DNA of 64,000 nucleotides from an uncultured Bifidobacterium sp. (GTDB taxonomy: Bacteria > Verrucomicrobiota > Verrucomicrobiia > Limisphaerales > JADLHS01): NCBI GenBank assembly GCA_964594985.1, contig CAZQNQ010000005.1, forward strand, positions 13,432-77,431, written 5' to 3'. Shown here piece after piece: positions 27,550-36,191 of the stretch; the stretch's first letter is position 1; the number at the start of each line of letters is the position of its first letter. The translations under genes were made by a program, and so were the position numbers. The notes beneath the pieces are model-generated. The model was given only the letters and a program-made list of their open reading frames with translations, was not told the DNA's origin and made no database searches.

Positions 27550-27873
27550 GGTTTCCGCAAAACCCTCAACCGAACCAAGACCGGCGATTTTGCATACATT
27601 GACCCGCCGTATTACCCCGTTTCGGCCACGGCTAGCTTCACTTCCTACGCCAAGGAAGATTTTGGCGAGGGTGAACAGTGCGAACTCCACGCCGTGTTTG
27701 CCGAGGCCGCCCGGCGCGGCGCGCGCCTGATGCTTTCCAACTCCGACACACCCTTCATCCGCAAACTCTACCGCGACTTTCAAATCCACACCGTGCAGGC
27801 CCGCCGCATGGTCAACTGCGACGGAACAAAACGAGGCGCAGTGAACGAGGTCGTCGTCGCCAACAAAAACTAA
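27550..27873 (+). pseudogene. Dam-family N6-adenine DNA methyltransferase remnant (C-terminal half only)
   Basis: Frame 1 reads GDFAYIDPPYYPVSATASFTSYAKEDF...LMLSNSDTPFIRKLY...VQARRMVNCDGTKRGAVNEVVVANKN*. This aligns well with the E. coli Dam segment DPPYAPLSATANFTAY...LISNHDT...VRRSISSNGGTRKKVDELL. There is no start codon and no motif I/X region. Upstream sequence changes frame and then runs into repeats. Confidence 0.75.
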
Positions 27874-27886
27874 ACAACAAAGATTT

Positions 27887-28285
27887 ATGCCAGGCAAAGC
27901 TACCGCAGTTAAAAACGGAGACGAACTTGTTCAAGAGGTTGTCAAGGTCGCCAAGAAACTCGGGCTGGAAACCAAGGAGCAATTTCACGTCGCCCGGCGC
28001 ATCTGGGGTGCGAACCGGAAGATTGACGTAGTGCTTGTTGAGTCAAAGTCGCGCAAAACTCTTGGTGTCGAATGCAAGTATCAGGGCGGCGGCGGTTCGG
28101 CGGAGGAAAAAATTCCGGCGACCATCCAGGACATAGACGCGTGGCCTATTCCCGGCATCGTCGTCTTCGCCGGGGAAGGCATCACTGACAACATGAAGTC
28201 ATTTTTGATTTCCTCCGGCAAGGCGGTAGAATTGAGCGAACTTGAGCCGTGGCTGCGACTGTTCTTCGGCTTGCCGCTAGACTAG
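27887..28285 (+). CDS. small PD-(D/E)XK nuclease-like protein (possible restriction endonuclease)
   Basis: 132 aa, with D47-x14-E62-C-K64 (KIDVVLV...LGVECKYQ) after an acidic N-terminal helix. It starts 14 nt after the Dam remnant and looks lower in GC than its neighbours. Confidence 0.5.
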   Translation: MPGKATAVKNGDELVQEVVKVAKKLGLETKEQFHVARRIWGANRKIDVVLVESKSRKTLGVECKYQGGGGSAEEKIPATIQDIDAWPIPGIVVFAGEGITDNMKSFLISSGKAVELSELEPWLRLFFGLPLD

Positions 28286-28384
28286 TTCACCTTTTCACCG
28301 GATAAAACGCGAGTTCCGCTAATTTTCACGAATTGGATCCGACTGCCAATTCGCACTCCTTTGCGATAATTCGTGTCAAAGCCC

Positions 28385-28419
28385 TCATCCGTGTTCATCA
28401 GTGTCCATCCGTGGTTGAA
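28385..28419. repeat. W-family half element
   Basis: tcatccgtgttcatcagtgtccatccgtggttgaa. Confidence 0.7.
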
Positions 28420-28440
28420 TGAGCCTCCGCACGGCGGCGG

Positions 28441-29298
28441 CTACGGAGAAAGAATTTCCGCGCGCAAGCGGCCGACGAATTGTTTCGGCAGATTCTGATC
28501 CAGCGAGCCGGTTTCCATCTTTTCCATTTCCACGTGGCCATCGGCGAAAACAGCGTTGGCGCGTTCCGTGTGACGGAAGTGCGCGGTGGCTTCGTAACGA
28601 TTCGTGCTGAGGTAATAGAACTCTTCGAGCATCGGGTTTTCCGGCGACGCGGGGGGTTGAAACGTGTTCACCTGCGCAGCATCGGCGAGCAACACCGTGC
28701 CAGAGGGCCGGGCGATCTTTGCTGCCGGCATTGGCGGTTTGCCGGACGCGGTCGAGAGATGCAGATTGTAGCCGTAGCCGTAGGCCGCGCCCCGCGCCTT
28801 GAGTTTGAACTGCCCCAGCGCGTAGTTGAGTGACGGACACAATTCCACACCGCGCCCTTCGAGATACGGCCAGAGCGCTCCTGCCGTCGGGTCAAACTGT
28901 CGCTCGCCTTCCGGCACATCGTCTCCTTCAATCCAGCCAAACCAGAAAATTCGACCGTAGTTTGTTGGGCTCGTGTAGCGGAAACATTTCCCGGCGTTGT
29001 CATCCCAATACAACTGCGTGGCGAGGCCGAGCTGATGGAGGTTGCTCACGCATTTGATGCGTTGCGCCGTCGCTTTGCCGCGCGCCAGGGCCGGCAGCAA
29101 CATCGCCGCGAGGATCGCGATGATGGCGATGACGAGCAGCAGCTCGATCAGGGTGAAAGCTCTGGAGTGGTGACGGGTGACGGGTGACGGGTGACGGGAT
29201 AAAGCCCCAACCTTCGATCTTCGATTCCGGGCGCCGGATTGAAGCTTGAGATTTGAAGCTTCTCTGGTGCTTGAAGTTTGGATGTTGGTGCTTTTCAA
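28441..29298 (-). CDS. prepilin-type N-terminal cleavage/methylation domain protein, DUF1559 (H-X9-DG) family
   Basis: [25 protein letters not shown] and the C-terminal [14 protein letters not shown] (H-x9-DG). No nearby in-frame ATG exists. The in-frame TTG at 29298 overlaps the upstream stop (TTGA), so the start is uncertain. Confidence 0.75.
   Translation of the reverse strand: MKSTNIQTSSTREASNLKLQSGARNRRSKVGALSRHPSPVTRHHSRAFTLIELLLVIAIIAILAAMLLPALARGKATAQRIKCVSNLHQLGLATQLYWDDNAGKCFRYTSPTNYGRIFWFGWIEGDDVPEGERQFDPTAGALWPYLEGRGVELCPSLNYALGQFKLKARGAAYGYGYNLHLSTASGKPPMPAAKIARPSGTVLLADAAQVNTFQPPASPENPMLEEFYYLSTNRYEATAHFRHTERANAVFADGHVEMEKMETGSLDQNLPKQFVGRLRAEILSP
29170..29197 (-). repeat. heptanucleotide tandem repeat (GTGACGG)x4 inside the 5-prime coding leader
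   Basis: Four perfect 7-nt units, CCGTCAC on the coding strand, encode HPSPVTRH. Confidence 0.85.
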
Positions 29299-30083
29299 AT
29301 CAGCACCTCTGCGCAAAGGTGTTGCTTGATCTGGTCGTAACCATAAACCAAACGGAAGCCGGGTTGAAGGATGTCCGCGCCCGGGATTTCGTAAATCCGA
29401 TTTTCGCGCACGGCGGACAATCGCTCCCAACCAGGTCGCGCGACAATTTCGTCCGGGCGAAAGGGTTTGCCGCACCACGAAGCCAGGATGATTTCGGGAT
29501 CGGCGCGGAGAATTTTCTCCGGCGTCAGGGTGCGATCCGGCGCGGCAGGCTGGTCCCGCAAAGCGGCGAATACATCTTCGCCGCCGGCGCGTTCGATCAA
29601 TTCGCCGACCCACGCGATGCCGGTGATGAGCGGGTCGTTCCATTCCTCGAAATAAACCCGGGGCCGGATTTCGGTGATGACCGGCGCGAGCTTTTCGCGG
29701 AACTCGCGCAGCAGTCTTTCTCCGGCGGCTTCGCAACCCACCACCCGCGCCAGCAAGGCGAGCGTGGCTTCAATCTCGGCGAGCGTGCGTTGATTGGTTG
29801 CGAGCACAGGCACCCCGCGATTCACGAGCGCGCCGGCAATCCCGGCCTGCACATCGGAGAACGTGATGACGAGATCGGGGTTGAGCCGCGTGATGTGGTC
29901 GAGGTTCGCCGAACTGAAGCCGCTGACGCGAGGCTTGAGCGGCACATCGGTTGGCTGGGCGAAGTAGCTCGTCACACCGGCGACACGATTCCAAGCACCG
30001 AGGCGCCAGAGCCAGTCGGCGGCTTCCGCCGAGAGGCACACGATGCGTTGCGGGGCGGGGCTCATGTCAGGGGCGGTTGGCAC
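29295..30083 (-). CDS. periplasmic binding protein, BtuF/FecB-like (type 8 PBP fold)
   Basis: [27 protein letters not shown] and [26 protein letters not shown]. Confidence 0.7.
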   Translation of the reverse strand: MPTAPDMSPAPQRIVCLSAEAADWLWRLGAWNRVAGVTSYFAQPTDVPLKPRVSGFSSANLDHITRLNPDLVITFSDVQAGIAGALVNRGVPVLATNQRTLAEIEATLALLARVVGCEAAGERLLREFREKLAPVITEIRPRVYFEEWNDPLITGIAWVGELIERAGGEDVFAALRDQPAAPDRTLTPEKILRADPEIILASWCGKPFRPDEIVARPGWERLSAVRENRIYEIPGADILQPGFRLVYGYDQIKQHLCAEVLI

Positions 30084-31047
30084 GGACGCGATAGAACGCG
30101 GCGGCCGGCGCTGGGTTGGAATCAGTCAACGTGAGGATGCTGCCATTGCCAGGAGTCGTGATCATGGCAGCATTCCACGTCGTGAAATTGGTCGTGCCTT
30201 CCAACGTGTAGAACCAGTTGGTGCGGCTGGTGAATTGCACCTGCCAATTTGCGCCAACGAAAGCACCAACAAAATTTTGCACGGGCGGTTCGGGAACGGT
30301 GACGCGGAAATTGTCCACCGTGCCGTGGGCGAGAATCGAGCCGGCGGGCGGCGGCTGGATGGCATCGCTGTAACTGCTGATGGAAAGCGTGGTGACGCGA
30401 AAGTCAAAATTCGCGGGCACGACAATATTCTGCATCTGACCGTATTGGGCGGCGTTATTGCTGATGACGGTGGTCAGTGTGCGCGTGACAGCGATGTAAT
30501 TCATGCTCACCTGAAACGTCTCGCCCGGCGTCAGGTCGAGGAGGTTGCTGTTGTTGTAGAGCCACGCGTTGTTCGTGGAAACAATCACCTGTCCGAGCGT
30601 TGGCAGGAAGGAATCGAACGCGGGGAAAAAATTGAACTCGACGAGATTCTTCGGGCCGTACGTTGCGTTGATGCCCGCGCCACGGAAGAAATTGGTCTTC
30701 GTCGCCTGATCAAGATTCAGGAAACCGATGGCAATCTCGAACGTGCTGAGTTTGCCGGGCGTCGTGCCGATAGCGTAATCTTCCAGCGTGATGTCGAAAC
30801 CAAGGCTGAAATCGTCGTCGCGGGCGAGGATCGTGCCGAGCGGGCGATGGAAATAGCTGTTCGTCTTGGAAGAGTCCCACGTGACGCGGAGGTTTTGATT
30901 CGTGCTGTCCCAGGTAAACAGGTTGGTGTGGCCGTGGATTTGCCAGCCAGTCGCGACGGGACTGGTGGAGAAATCCTCGGTGAATGTGACGGCGGCAGAG
31001 AGGGCGGCAGTTTGGAACAAAAGAATGGCAGCGGAAACATCCAACAT
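30067..31047 (-). CDS. secreted hypothetical protein
   Basis: ATG 31047 gives the signal-like MLDVSAAILLFQTAALSAA. The body is beta-rich and ends in an FYRV-type C-terminal module. Its stop overlaps the PBP start by 17 nt. Confidence 0.55.
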   Translation of the reverse strand: MLDVSAAILLFQTAALSAAVTFTEDFSTSPVATGWQIHGHTNLFTWDSTNQNLRVTWDSSKTNSYFHRPLGTILARDDDFSLGFDITLEDYAIGTTPGKLSTFEIAIGFLNLDQATKTNFFRGAGINATYGPKNLVEFNFFPAFDSFLPTLGQVIVSTNNAWLYNNSNLLDLTPGETFQVSMNYIAVTRTLTTVISNNAAQYGQMQNIVVPANFDFRVTTLSISSYSDAIQPPPAGSILAHGTVDNFRVTVPEPPVQNFVGAFVGANWQVQFTSRTNWFYTLEGTTNFTTWNAAMITTPGNGSILTLTDSNPAPAAAFYRVRANRP

Positions 31048-31127
31048 CCAACATCCAACGCTCAACCTCCAAAGCCATCGCGAACCGCCGTTGAATGTTG
31101 GGCGTTGAGCGTTGGATGTTGAATGTT
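31037..31127. repeat. palindromic repeat, H family (acatccaacatccaac / gttggatgttg)
   Basis: acatccaacatccaacatccaacgctcaac faces gttgagcgttggatgttgaatgtt. The left arm contains the predicted start codon at 31047. Confidence 0.8.
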
Positions 31128-31136
31128 TTGGTAACT

Positions 31137-31526
31137 TCACGCGGTGGCTGGCTGTGGTTGATATGGGCAATGGCGGCAGTCGTTGCCGCAGCAATAGCCG
31201 CGACGCTGATGATATGTCGCGGTGAAAACCATCAAGCCATTGTCGAAGTAAAAGTCGCCGGGCCGGATCTTCGGCCCGGCGACCCCACGCTCCCTGGCAC
31301 GATGAAATTCCATGACGCACTGGCGGCAGATGCAGGCTTTGTTGCGTTGTTCCGCCGGCACGCGGGCGATGAGTTCGTCAGGGATGCGAACGGTCGTACA
31401 CCAGCACGGACCTTTGTAGGCGGCCGCGGTGCAGAGCTGGCAATCGTTCCGCCCGCCGCACAACGGACAACGCCCGGGCGCGTGGTCCGTCGGCGGACAG
31501 GCGGAATTATGGCAGTCGTGAGCCAC
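31137..31526 (-). CDS. cysteine-rich CWC-type protein with C-terminal DUF5522-like module
   Basis: CPLCGGRNDCQLC...GPCWC...CICRQC, then YCCGNDCRHCPY. Confidence 0.6.
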   Translation of the reverse strand: MAHDCHNSACPPTDHAPGRCPLCGGRNDCQLCTAAAYKGPCWCTTVRIPDELIARVPAEQRNKACICRQCVMEFHRARERGVAGPKIRPGDFYFDNGLMVFTATYHQRRGYCCGNDCRHCPYQPQPATA

Positions 31527-31531
31527 GGAAA

Positions 31532-32353
31532 TCAGGCGCGGTTGCGGCGTGCGACGAGGAGTGCGCCCAGACCGAGGAACACGAGTGAAAGCGTGGTCGG
31601 CTCGGGCACGGCGACGAGCGCGTCAATTTCGGATTTGCCGCTCAACACCTCGATGCGCACGTAACTGATGCTGCCGAGCGCGACGCTGTTGCCCAGGCCA
31701 TCCTGCGCCCAGGAGATGTCGTAACCCGCCCCGCCGCCGGAGCCGGCATAGAGCGCGCGGATCCCAACGAGATCAAGTCCCGCGAACGAGCCGCCCGTCA
31801 AAGCGGGATTCATCGGCAACCGGAAATCGCCCGCGGTGTCCGACGGGAAATAGGTGTCCACGGTCGGTGCGAGCAACGGATTCAGCGTGAAGAAATTCAC
31901 GTTGTCGGCGCTGACGGAAACGCGGGTGACGCCGGGGTTGTTGGCGAAGAGCGAACCGTCCGTGGCGGGCGCGCCGATGTAGTTCCAGTTCTCATCCGTG
32001 CTGTTCGTGATGATGAAGCCGGTGTTGCCAAAGATGCTGAAATCCAGACCGAAGGCGTGCGCGGTGTTGAGAATTGGCTGGCTGAACGACAGCGTGATCG
32101 AGCCGCCCGCCCCGACGGAAACCAGATGGGCCGAATCGTAGGGTGGATTGAAGGGATCAGCGTCCTGATAGCCGATGAAGGCAGCAGGTGCGCCGAGCGC
32201 GCGGGTCGGGTCTTGATAGCTGGCGCTGGTCCCGCTGCCGGCATTGTAGGAGTTGACCGCCGTGGCGAACTGGGCCGAGCCGGTTTGAGCCAGGGACAAA
32301 GCGCTGGCGAGGGCCAACGCCGGAACGAACGTGGTGACGAATGATTTCTGCAT
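31532..32353 (-). CDS. PEP-CTERM sorting-domain secreted protein
   Basis: The signal peptide MQKSFVTTFVPALALASALSLAQTGSA starts at ATG 32353 (an alternative ATG is at 32380). The C-terminus is VPEPTTLSLVFLGLGALLVARRNRA. Confidence 0.8.
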   Translation of the reverse strand: MQKSFVTTFVPALALASALSLAQTGSAQFATAVNSYNAGSGTSASYQDPTRALGAPAAFIGYQDADPFNPPYDSAHLVSVGAGGSITLSFSQPILNTAHAFGLDFSIFGNTGFIITNSTDENWNYIGAPATDGSLFANNPGVTRVSVSADNVNFFTLNPLLAPTVDTYFPSDTAGDFRLPMNPALTGGSFAGLDLVGIRALYAGSGGGAGYDISWAQDGLGNSVALGSISYVRIEVLSGKSEIDALVAVPEPTTLSLVFLGLGALLVARRNRA

Positions 32354-32610
32354 GAGCTGATCTTTCTTTCTGAGTTCCATCGGTGAAGACGGAACGGGTT
32401 AGGTTTCAGAGAGACCAGCGCGGAAAAGGAAGTGCGAAGTGTGAAGTTGGAGATGTGAAGTCGAGCCACTGCGGATTTCGACCTTCTCACCTCGTCCCCA
32501 AGCTAAAACGCCTTCATCTTCCGCAAAACGAAAATGAAGGCATAAACGAGTCCCGCCAAAAACAGATTGGCGGGCTGGCCTCATCCTTCTCTTTGCGGAG
32601 AAGTTGGGGC

Positions 32611-32700
32611 GGTTGGTTGATGGTTTTTAGTTGATGGTTGATAGAAAAGCCGCGTAGCGGTCTCCGAACTATCAACAATCAACCATCCACTATCAACTAA
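32611..32700. repeat. palindromic repeat (gttgatggttgatag / ctatcaacaatcaac)
   Basis: Inverted arms at 32611-32644 and 32669-32700, in the long spacer below the NusG paralog. Confidence 0.7.
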
Positions 32701-33031
32701 CAGTCCCCGGACGAGTGCCATCAAATTGATATCCTGACTCCGGACTTCAAACCTCACTCCCGCCTTCCCGCCTGTCCCGCACCTGCGTGACCAACAGTGG
32801 CTCATGGGAGTTCGTAATCCGATACAGTGGCGCAACCGTCGCTGAGTCTCACAGCGTTCCCGGCATTTGATGACAACACTGACGGGCTTGCGGCCCGTAT
32901 CTTTCAAAGAGCGGCACGGTTGTAATTCCCGGCGGGCGAATTGCCAAGCAGAAATTCTGCAAGCCGACTCCGGACTCCGAGAAACTCCCGGCGGGCCAGC
33001 GAAAAACGGCAAAAGAATTTTCCGGCCGGAA

Positions 33032-33520
33032 TCAAACCACTTCCAGTTCGTCCACCGTCAGGCGAACGGCCGCAGCCTGATTGATGAAATCAAGGCGCAG
33101 GATGACCGTGGTGTGGCCCTGACGGTACTCGACCAGGCCTTCGACGCCTTGCAACGGACCGGAACGGATGCGGACGCGGGTGCCCGATTTGATGGCCGGA
33201 GCGAGCCGGACTTCGAGGCCGGATTCCAACGCCCGAAGAATCTCGTAAAGTTGCCGGGTAAAGGTGGCTTGATCGAAAACTTCAAGCAGGTTGGCGACGT
33301 GATCGTTCTGGCGGACGGTGGTAATCTCCGCCGCCCGAAGCTGGAGAAAGACGTAGCCGGGAAAGAGCGGCTTCTGGAAAACGACGGATTTGCGGCGGTA
33401 TTTATGAGCGGAGGTGTAGCACGGGAGCGTGGCGGCGATGGCTTGTCGCTCGCAAAACTCCATGAGTTTTTTTTCCCGGCGTGGCTTGGTATGGGCCACG
33501 AACCAAAGCAGTTCTGACAC
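33032..33520 (-). CDS. NusG-family paralog (RfaH/UpxY-like transcription antiterminator)
   Basis: An NGN-like N-terminus (WFVAHTKPRREKK, PLFPGYVFL) and a KOW-like segment (GTRVRIRSGPLQGVEGLV). 162 aa. Confidence 0.75.
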   Translation of the reverse strand: MSELLWFVAHTKPRREKKLMEFCERQAIAATLPCYTSAHKYRRKSVVFQKPLFPGYVFLQLRAAEITTVRQNDHVANLLEVFDQATFTRQLYEILRALESGLEVRLAPAIKSGTRVRIRSGPLQGVEGLVEYRQGHTTVILRLDFINQAAAVRLTVDELEVV

Positions 33521-33653
33521 GAGGCGAAGTTTTGACAGCGGCGGCGGGAAGTCAATCCGAAGCTGAGCATCGGTGGAGCCAACCGTTTTTTGCGTTTGAC
33601 CGGGTCAGGCAAAGCCGGGTAGCGTTTGCGCCCTTGTTTAAGCCAAAATTTTT

Positions 33654-35321
33654 ATGATTGGAACGATTCGGAAGCATTCGAAGATCATGTGGTGGGTCGT
33701 CATCGTGGTCATCATCCTCGCGTTCGTTGTTTGGGACACGCGCAGGGGCGATGGTCAGGGCGGCAGCGGCAATTACGGCACAATGAACGGCCAGGTCATC
33801 ACGCCCTCCCGGTTCGATGATGCGCGCCGCGAAGTGCTGATTTATCACTTCTTTGCGGCCGGCTCGTTCCCGGGCAAAGGGCGCACGATTCCCAACTTCG
33901 ATGTCGAGCGAGAGACCTACAATCGCCTCCTGATCATCCAGAAAGCCGCGGAAATGGGCATCCGCATCAGCGATGACGTGGCCGCCCGGGCCGCCAGCGA
34001 ACGGTTGCGCCTGATCAACCGGGGCGAACCCGTGCCCCTGGCCGCGTTTGAAACGCAGGTTCTCGCGCAGGAACGCCTGACTTTGGCCGATTTTGAACGC
34101 TTCGTCCGGAATGACATCGCTGTTCAGCAGCTCATTTCCACCATCGGCGGGAGCGGCCAACTGGTGCCGCTGCCGGAGATCGAGGCCCTGTACCGCCGGG
34201 ATCATCAGGAAGTCTCCGCGCAGGTGGCGTTCTTTCACGCCTCCAACAATCTGGCCTCCATCATCGTGACCGCCACGAACGTCGCCGAGTTTTACACCAA
34301 TCAGCAGGCGCGTTACCGCCTGCCGGAACGGTTGCAACTGAGCGTGGTCCGTTTCCCGATCTCCAATTACCTCGCGCAGGCCGGCCAGGAATTCACCAAC
34401 CTCACCGAAATGGTGGAGAGCAACATGCTCGAGCTGGGCACCAACTACGCCCAGTTTGGCGCGACCCCGGAAGCCGCGATGGAAAAGGTGCGCGAAGAAC
34501 TGCTCAAACGCGCCGCCCTCAACCTCGCCGGCACGGCCGCCAAGGATTTCGACAATCAACTGTATGACGCGGCCAACAAAGCCCCGTTCACGCCGGAAAC
34601 CTTCGTCCTGATCGCCACGCAGGCAAAATTGTCGCCCGAAGTGACCCTGCCGTTCTCCCGCAATGAAGCCCCGGCCGGCCTGGATGTCACCGCCGATTTC
34701 GTCCGGCGTGCCTACAATCTCACCCCGGATGAACCGCTGACCGAACCGCTGCTCGGCGAAAATCACATCTACGTGATCGCCTTCAACAAACGCCTGCCCA
34801 GCGAGCAACCCAGTTTTGATTCGATCCGCGAGAAGGTGACATCGGATTACCGCTTCATCGAAGCGGCGATGAAGGCGCAGAAGCAGGCGATGGATTTCCA
34901 CGCCGTCGCCACCAACGGTCTGGCGGCGGGCAAAAGCTTCGCCGAGCTCTGCGAGCCGCTCGGGGTCGCGCCCGTCAGCGTGACGCCGTTCTCCTTGAGC
35001 ACCCGCGAGGTCGCGGAAGTGGAAAACCAGTTGGATCTTTCCTATCTCAAGCGCGTGGCATTTGAAACCGCGCCCGGCCAGGTCGGCCCGGTGCTGCCCA
35101 GCAACGACGGCGCGGCGGTGGTTTACGTGCAGGCCAAGCTCCCCATTGATGAAGCCAAGATGCACGCGAGCCTGCCTGAATTCACCCGCAACGTGCATCA
35201 GGTGCGTCGCAGCGAGGTTTTCAACGTGTGGTTCCAGCGCGAGGCCGAACAAGCCTTCCGCACGTTGCCGTATTTCCAACAGAAGCAGGCGCAGATGCAG
35301 CAAGGCACGCCGGGCAACTAA
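33654..35321 (+). CDS. PpiD/SurA-like periplasmic chaperone
   Basis: The N-terminal anchor is MIGTIRKHSKIMWWVVIVVIILAFVVWD. A long SurA-N-like helical domain follows. 555 aa. Confidence 0.65.
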   Translation: MIGTIRKHSKIMWWVVIVVIILAFVVWDTRRGDGQGGSGNYGTMNGQVITPSRFDDARREVLIYHFFAAGSFPGKGRTIPNFDVERETYNRLLIIQKAAEMGIRISDDVAARAASERLRLINRGEPVPLAAFETQVLAQERLTLADFERFVRNDIAVQQLISTIGGSGQLVPLPEIEALYRRDHQEVSAQVAFFHASNNLASIIVTATNVAEFYTNQQARYRLPERLQLSVVRFPISNYLAQAGQEFTNLTEMVESNMLELGTNYAQFGATPEAAMEKVREELLKRAALNLAGTAAKDFDNQLYDAANKAPFTPETFVLIATQAKLSPEVTLPFSRNEAPAGLDVTADFVRRAYNLTPDEPLTEPLLGENHIYVIAFNKRLPSEQPSFDSIREKVTSDYRFIEAAMKAQKQAMDFHAVATNGLAAGKSFAELCEPLGVAPVSVTPFSLSTREVAEVENQLDLSYLKRVAFETAPGQVGPVLPSNDGAAVVYVQAKLPIDEAKMHASLPEFTRNVHQVRRSEVFNVWFQREAEQAFRTLPYFQQKQAQMQQGTPGN

Positions 35322-35360
35322 AACCGGGCCCGCGCCCGCGCCGGTTGGCAACCCTTGGTT

Positions 35361-36167
35361 ATGGACGTCATCAAACTCTCGGCCCCGGCCACCAAGGAAT
35401 TCTGGGAAATCCCCGTCCGGTTCGAGGACGATCACCTGCTCGCCCTCGACAAACCCTCGGGCTTGTTGACCTCGCCGGATCGTTACGACGCCGAGCGCCC
35501 CAACCTGATGCGGCTGTTGCACGAGGGCATCGCCGCCCAGAAACCTTGGGCCACCAAACGGAATCTCACCTATCTCAGCAACGCGCACCGGCTGGATTTT
35601 GAGACCAGCGGCGTCCTCCTGCTCGCCAAAAGCAAACCCGCGCTCGTGGCGCTGGCCAACCTGTTCGGCACCGACACGCCCGCCAAAACCTACTTCGCCC
35701 TCATCGCCGGCCTGCCGTCCTCGGATCGGTTTGAGATGAATGCCAAAATCGCCCCGAATGTCGTCAGCCTGGGCCTGATGCGGATTGATCCCGTGAACGG
35801 GAAGAAAGCCAAAAGTGTTTTCGCCGTGGCGGAAAAATTCTCCGGCTACACCGCCTTGACCTGTCACCCGCTCACCGAGCGGACGCATCAGCTCCGCATC
35901 CATCTCAAACACGCGGGTTTCCCGATCATCGGCGACAAACTCTACGGTGGAAAACCCCTGTGGCTGTCGCGCCTGAAGAAGGATTACCGGCTCAAGCACG
36001 GTCGCGAGGAACGCCCCCTCATCGCCCGCGTCGCCCTGCATGCGCAGGAACTGACCTTGCCGCATCCCATCACCAACGAACCCGTGACGATCACGGCGGA
36101 ACTACCGAAAGACCTGCGCGTGGCGCTGCGCTACCTGCGGGAATTTCGGGGCGGGGCGCTCCCATAA
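35361..36167 (+). CDS. RluA-family pseudouridine synthase
   Basis: The catalytic HRLDFETSGVLLLAK, and HQLRIHL. ATG 35361 is preferred over the TTG at 35355. Confidence 0.88.
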   Translation: MDVIKLSAPATKEFWEIPVRFEDDHLLALDKPSGLLTSPDRYDAERPNLMRLLHEGIAAQKPWATKRNLTYLSNAHRLDFETSGVLLLAKSKPALVALANLFGTDTPAKTYFALIAGLPSSDRFEMNAKIAPNVVSLGLMRIDPVNGKKAKSVFAVAEKFSGYTALTCHPLTERTHQLRIHLKHAGFPIIGDKLYGGKPLWLSRLKKDYRLKHGREERPLIARVALHAQELTLPHPITNEPVTITAELPKDLRVALRYLREFRGGALP

Positions 36168-36191
36168 ACCAAACCCCGCGACCGCAAGAAC

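Noticed and set aside
27015-27730. ORFs 27015-27602 and 27203-27730, plus the minus-strand ORFs 26873-27280 and 26967-27434.
   Set aside because: They are translations of the direct and inverted repeat units (QRRDIFVEP, FYKYVAPLAL-type strings) and overlap each other in several frames. Only the frame-1 Dam remnant shows real protein similarity.
29208-29210. An out-of-frame TTG upstream of the heptamer repeat, considered as the real start of the prepilin-like gene. This would imply the gene is currently phase-OFF.
   Set aside because: An in-frame TTG at 29296-29298 overlapping the upstream stop (TTGA) gives a simpler explanation with the gene ON. The start remains uncertain.
29295-30083. A cobalamin riboswitch expected upstream of a BtuF-like binding protein.
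   Set aside because: The gene start overlaps the preceding ORF by 17 nt, which leaves no leader. I saw no B12-box-like sequence nearby.
33552-36065. An 837-aa minus-strand ORF, the longest in the window.
   Set aside because: It is antisense to the clearly recognisable ppiD-like and rluA-family genes. The translation is Arg/Gly/Ala/His-rich with no domain-like motifs, which is typical of a shadow ORF in high-GC DNA.
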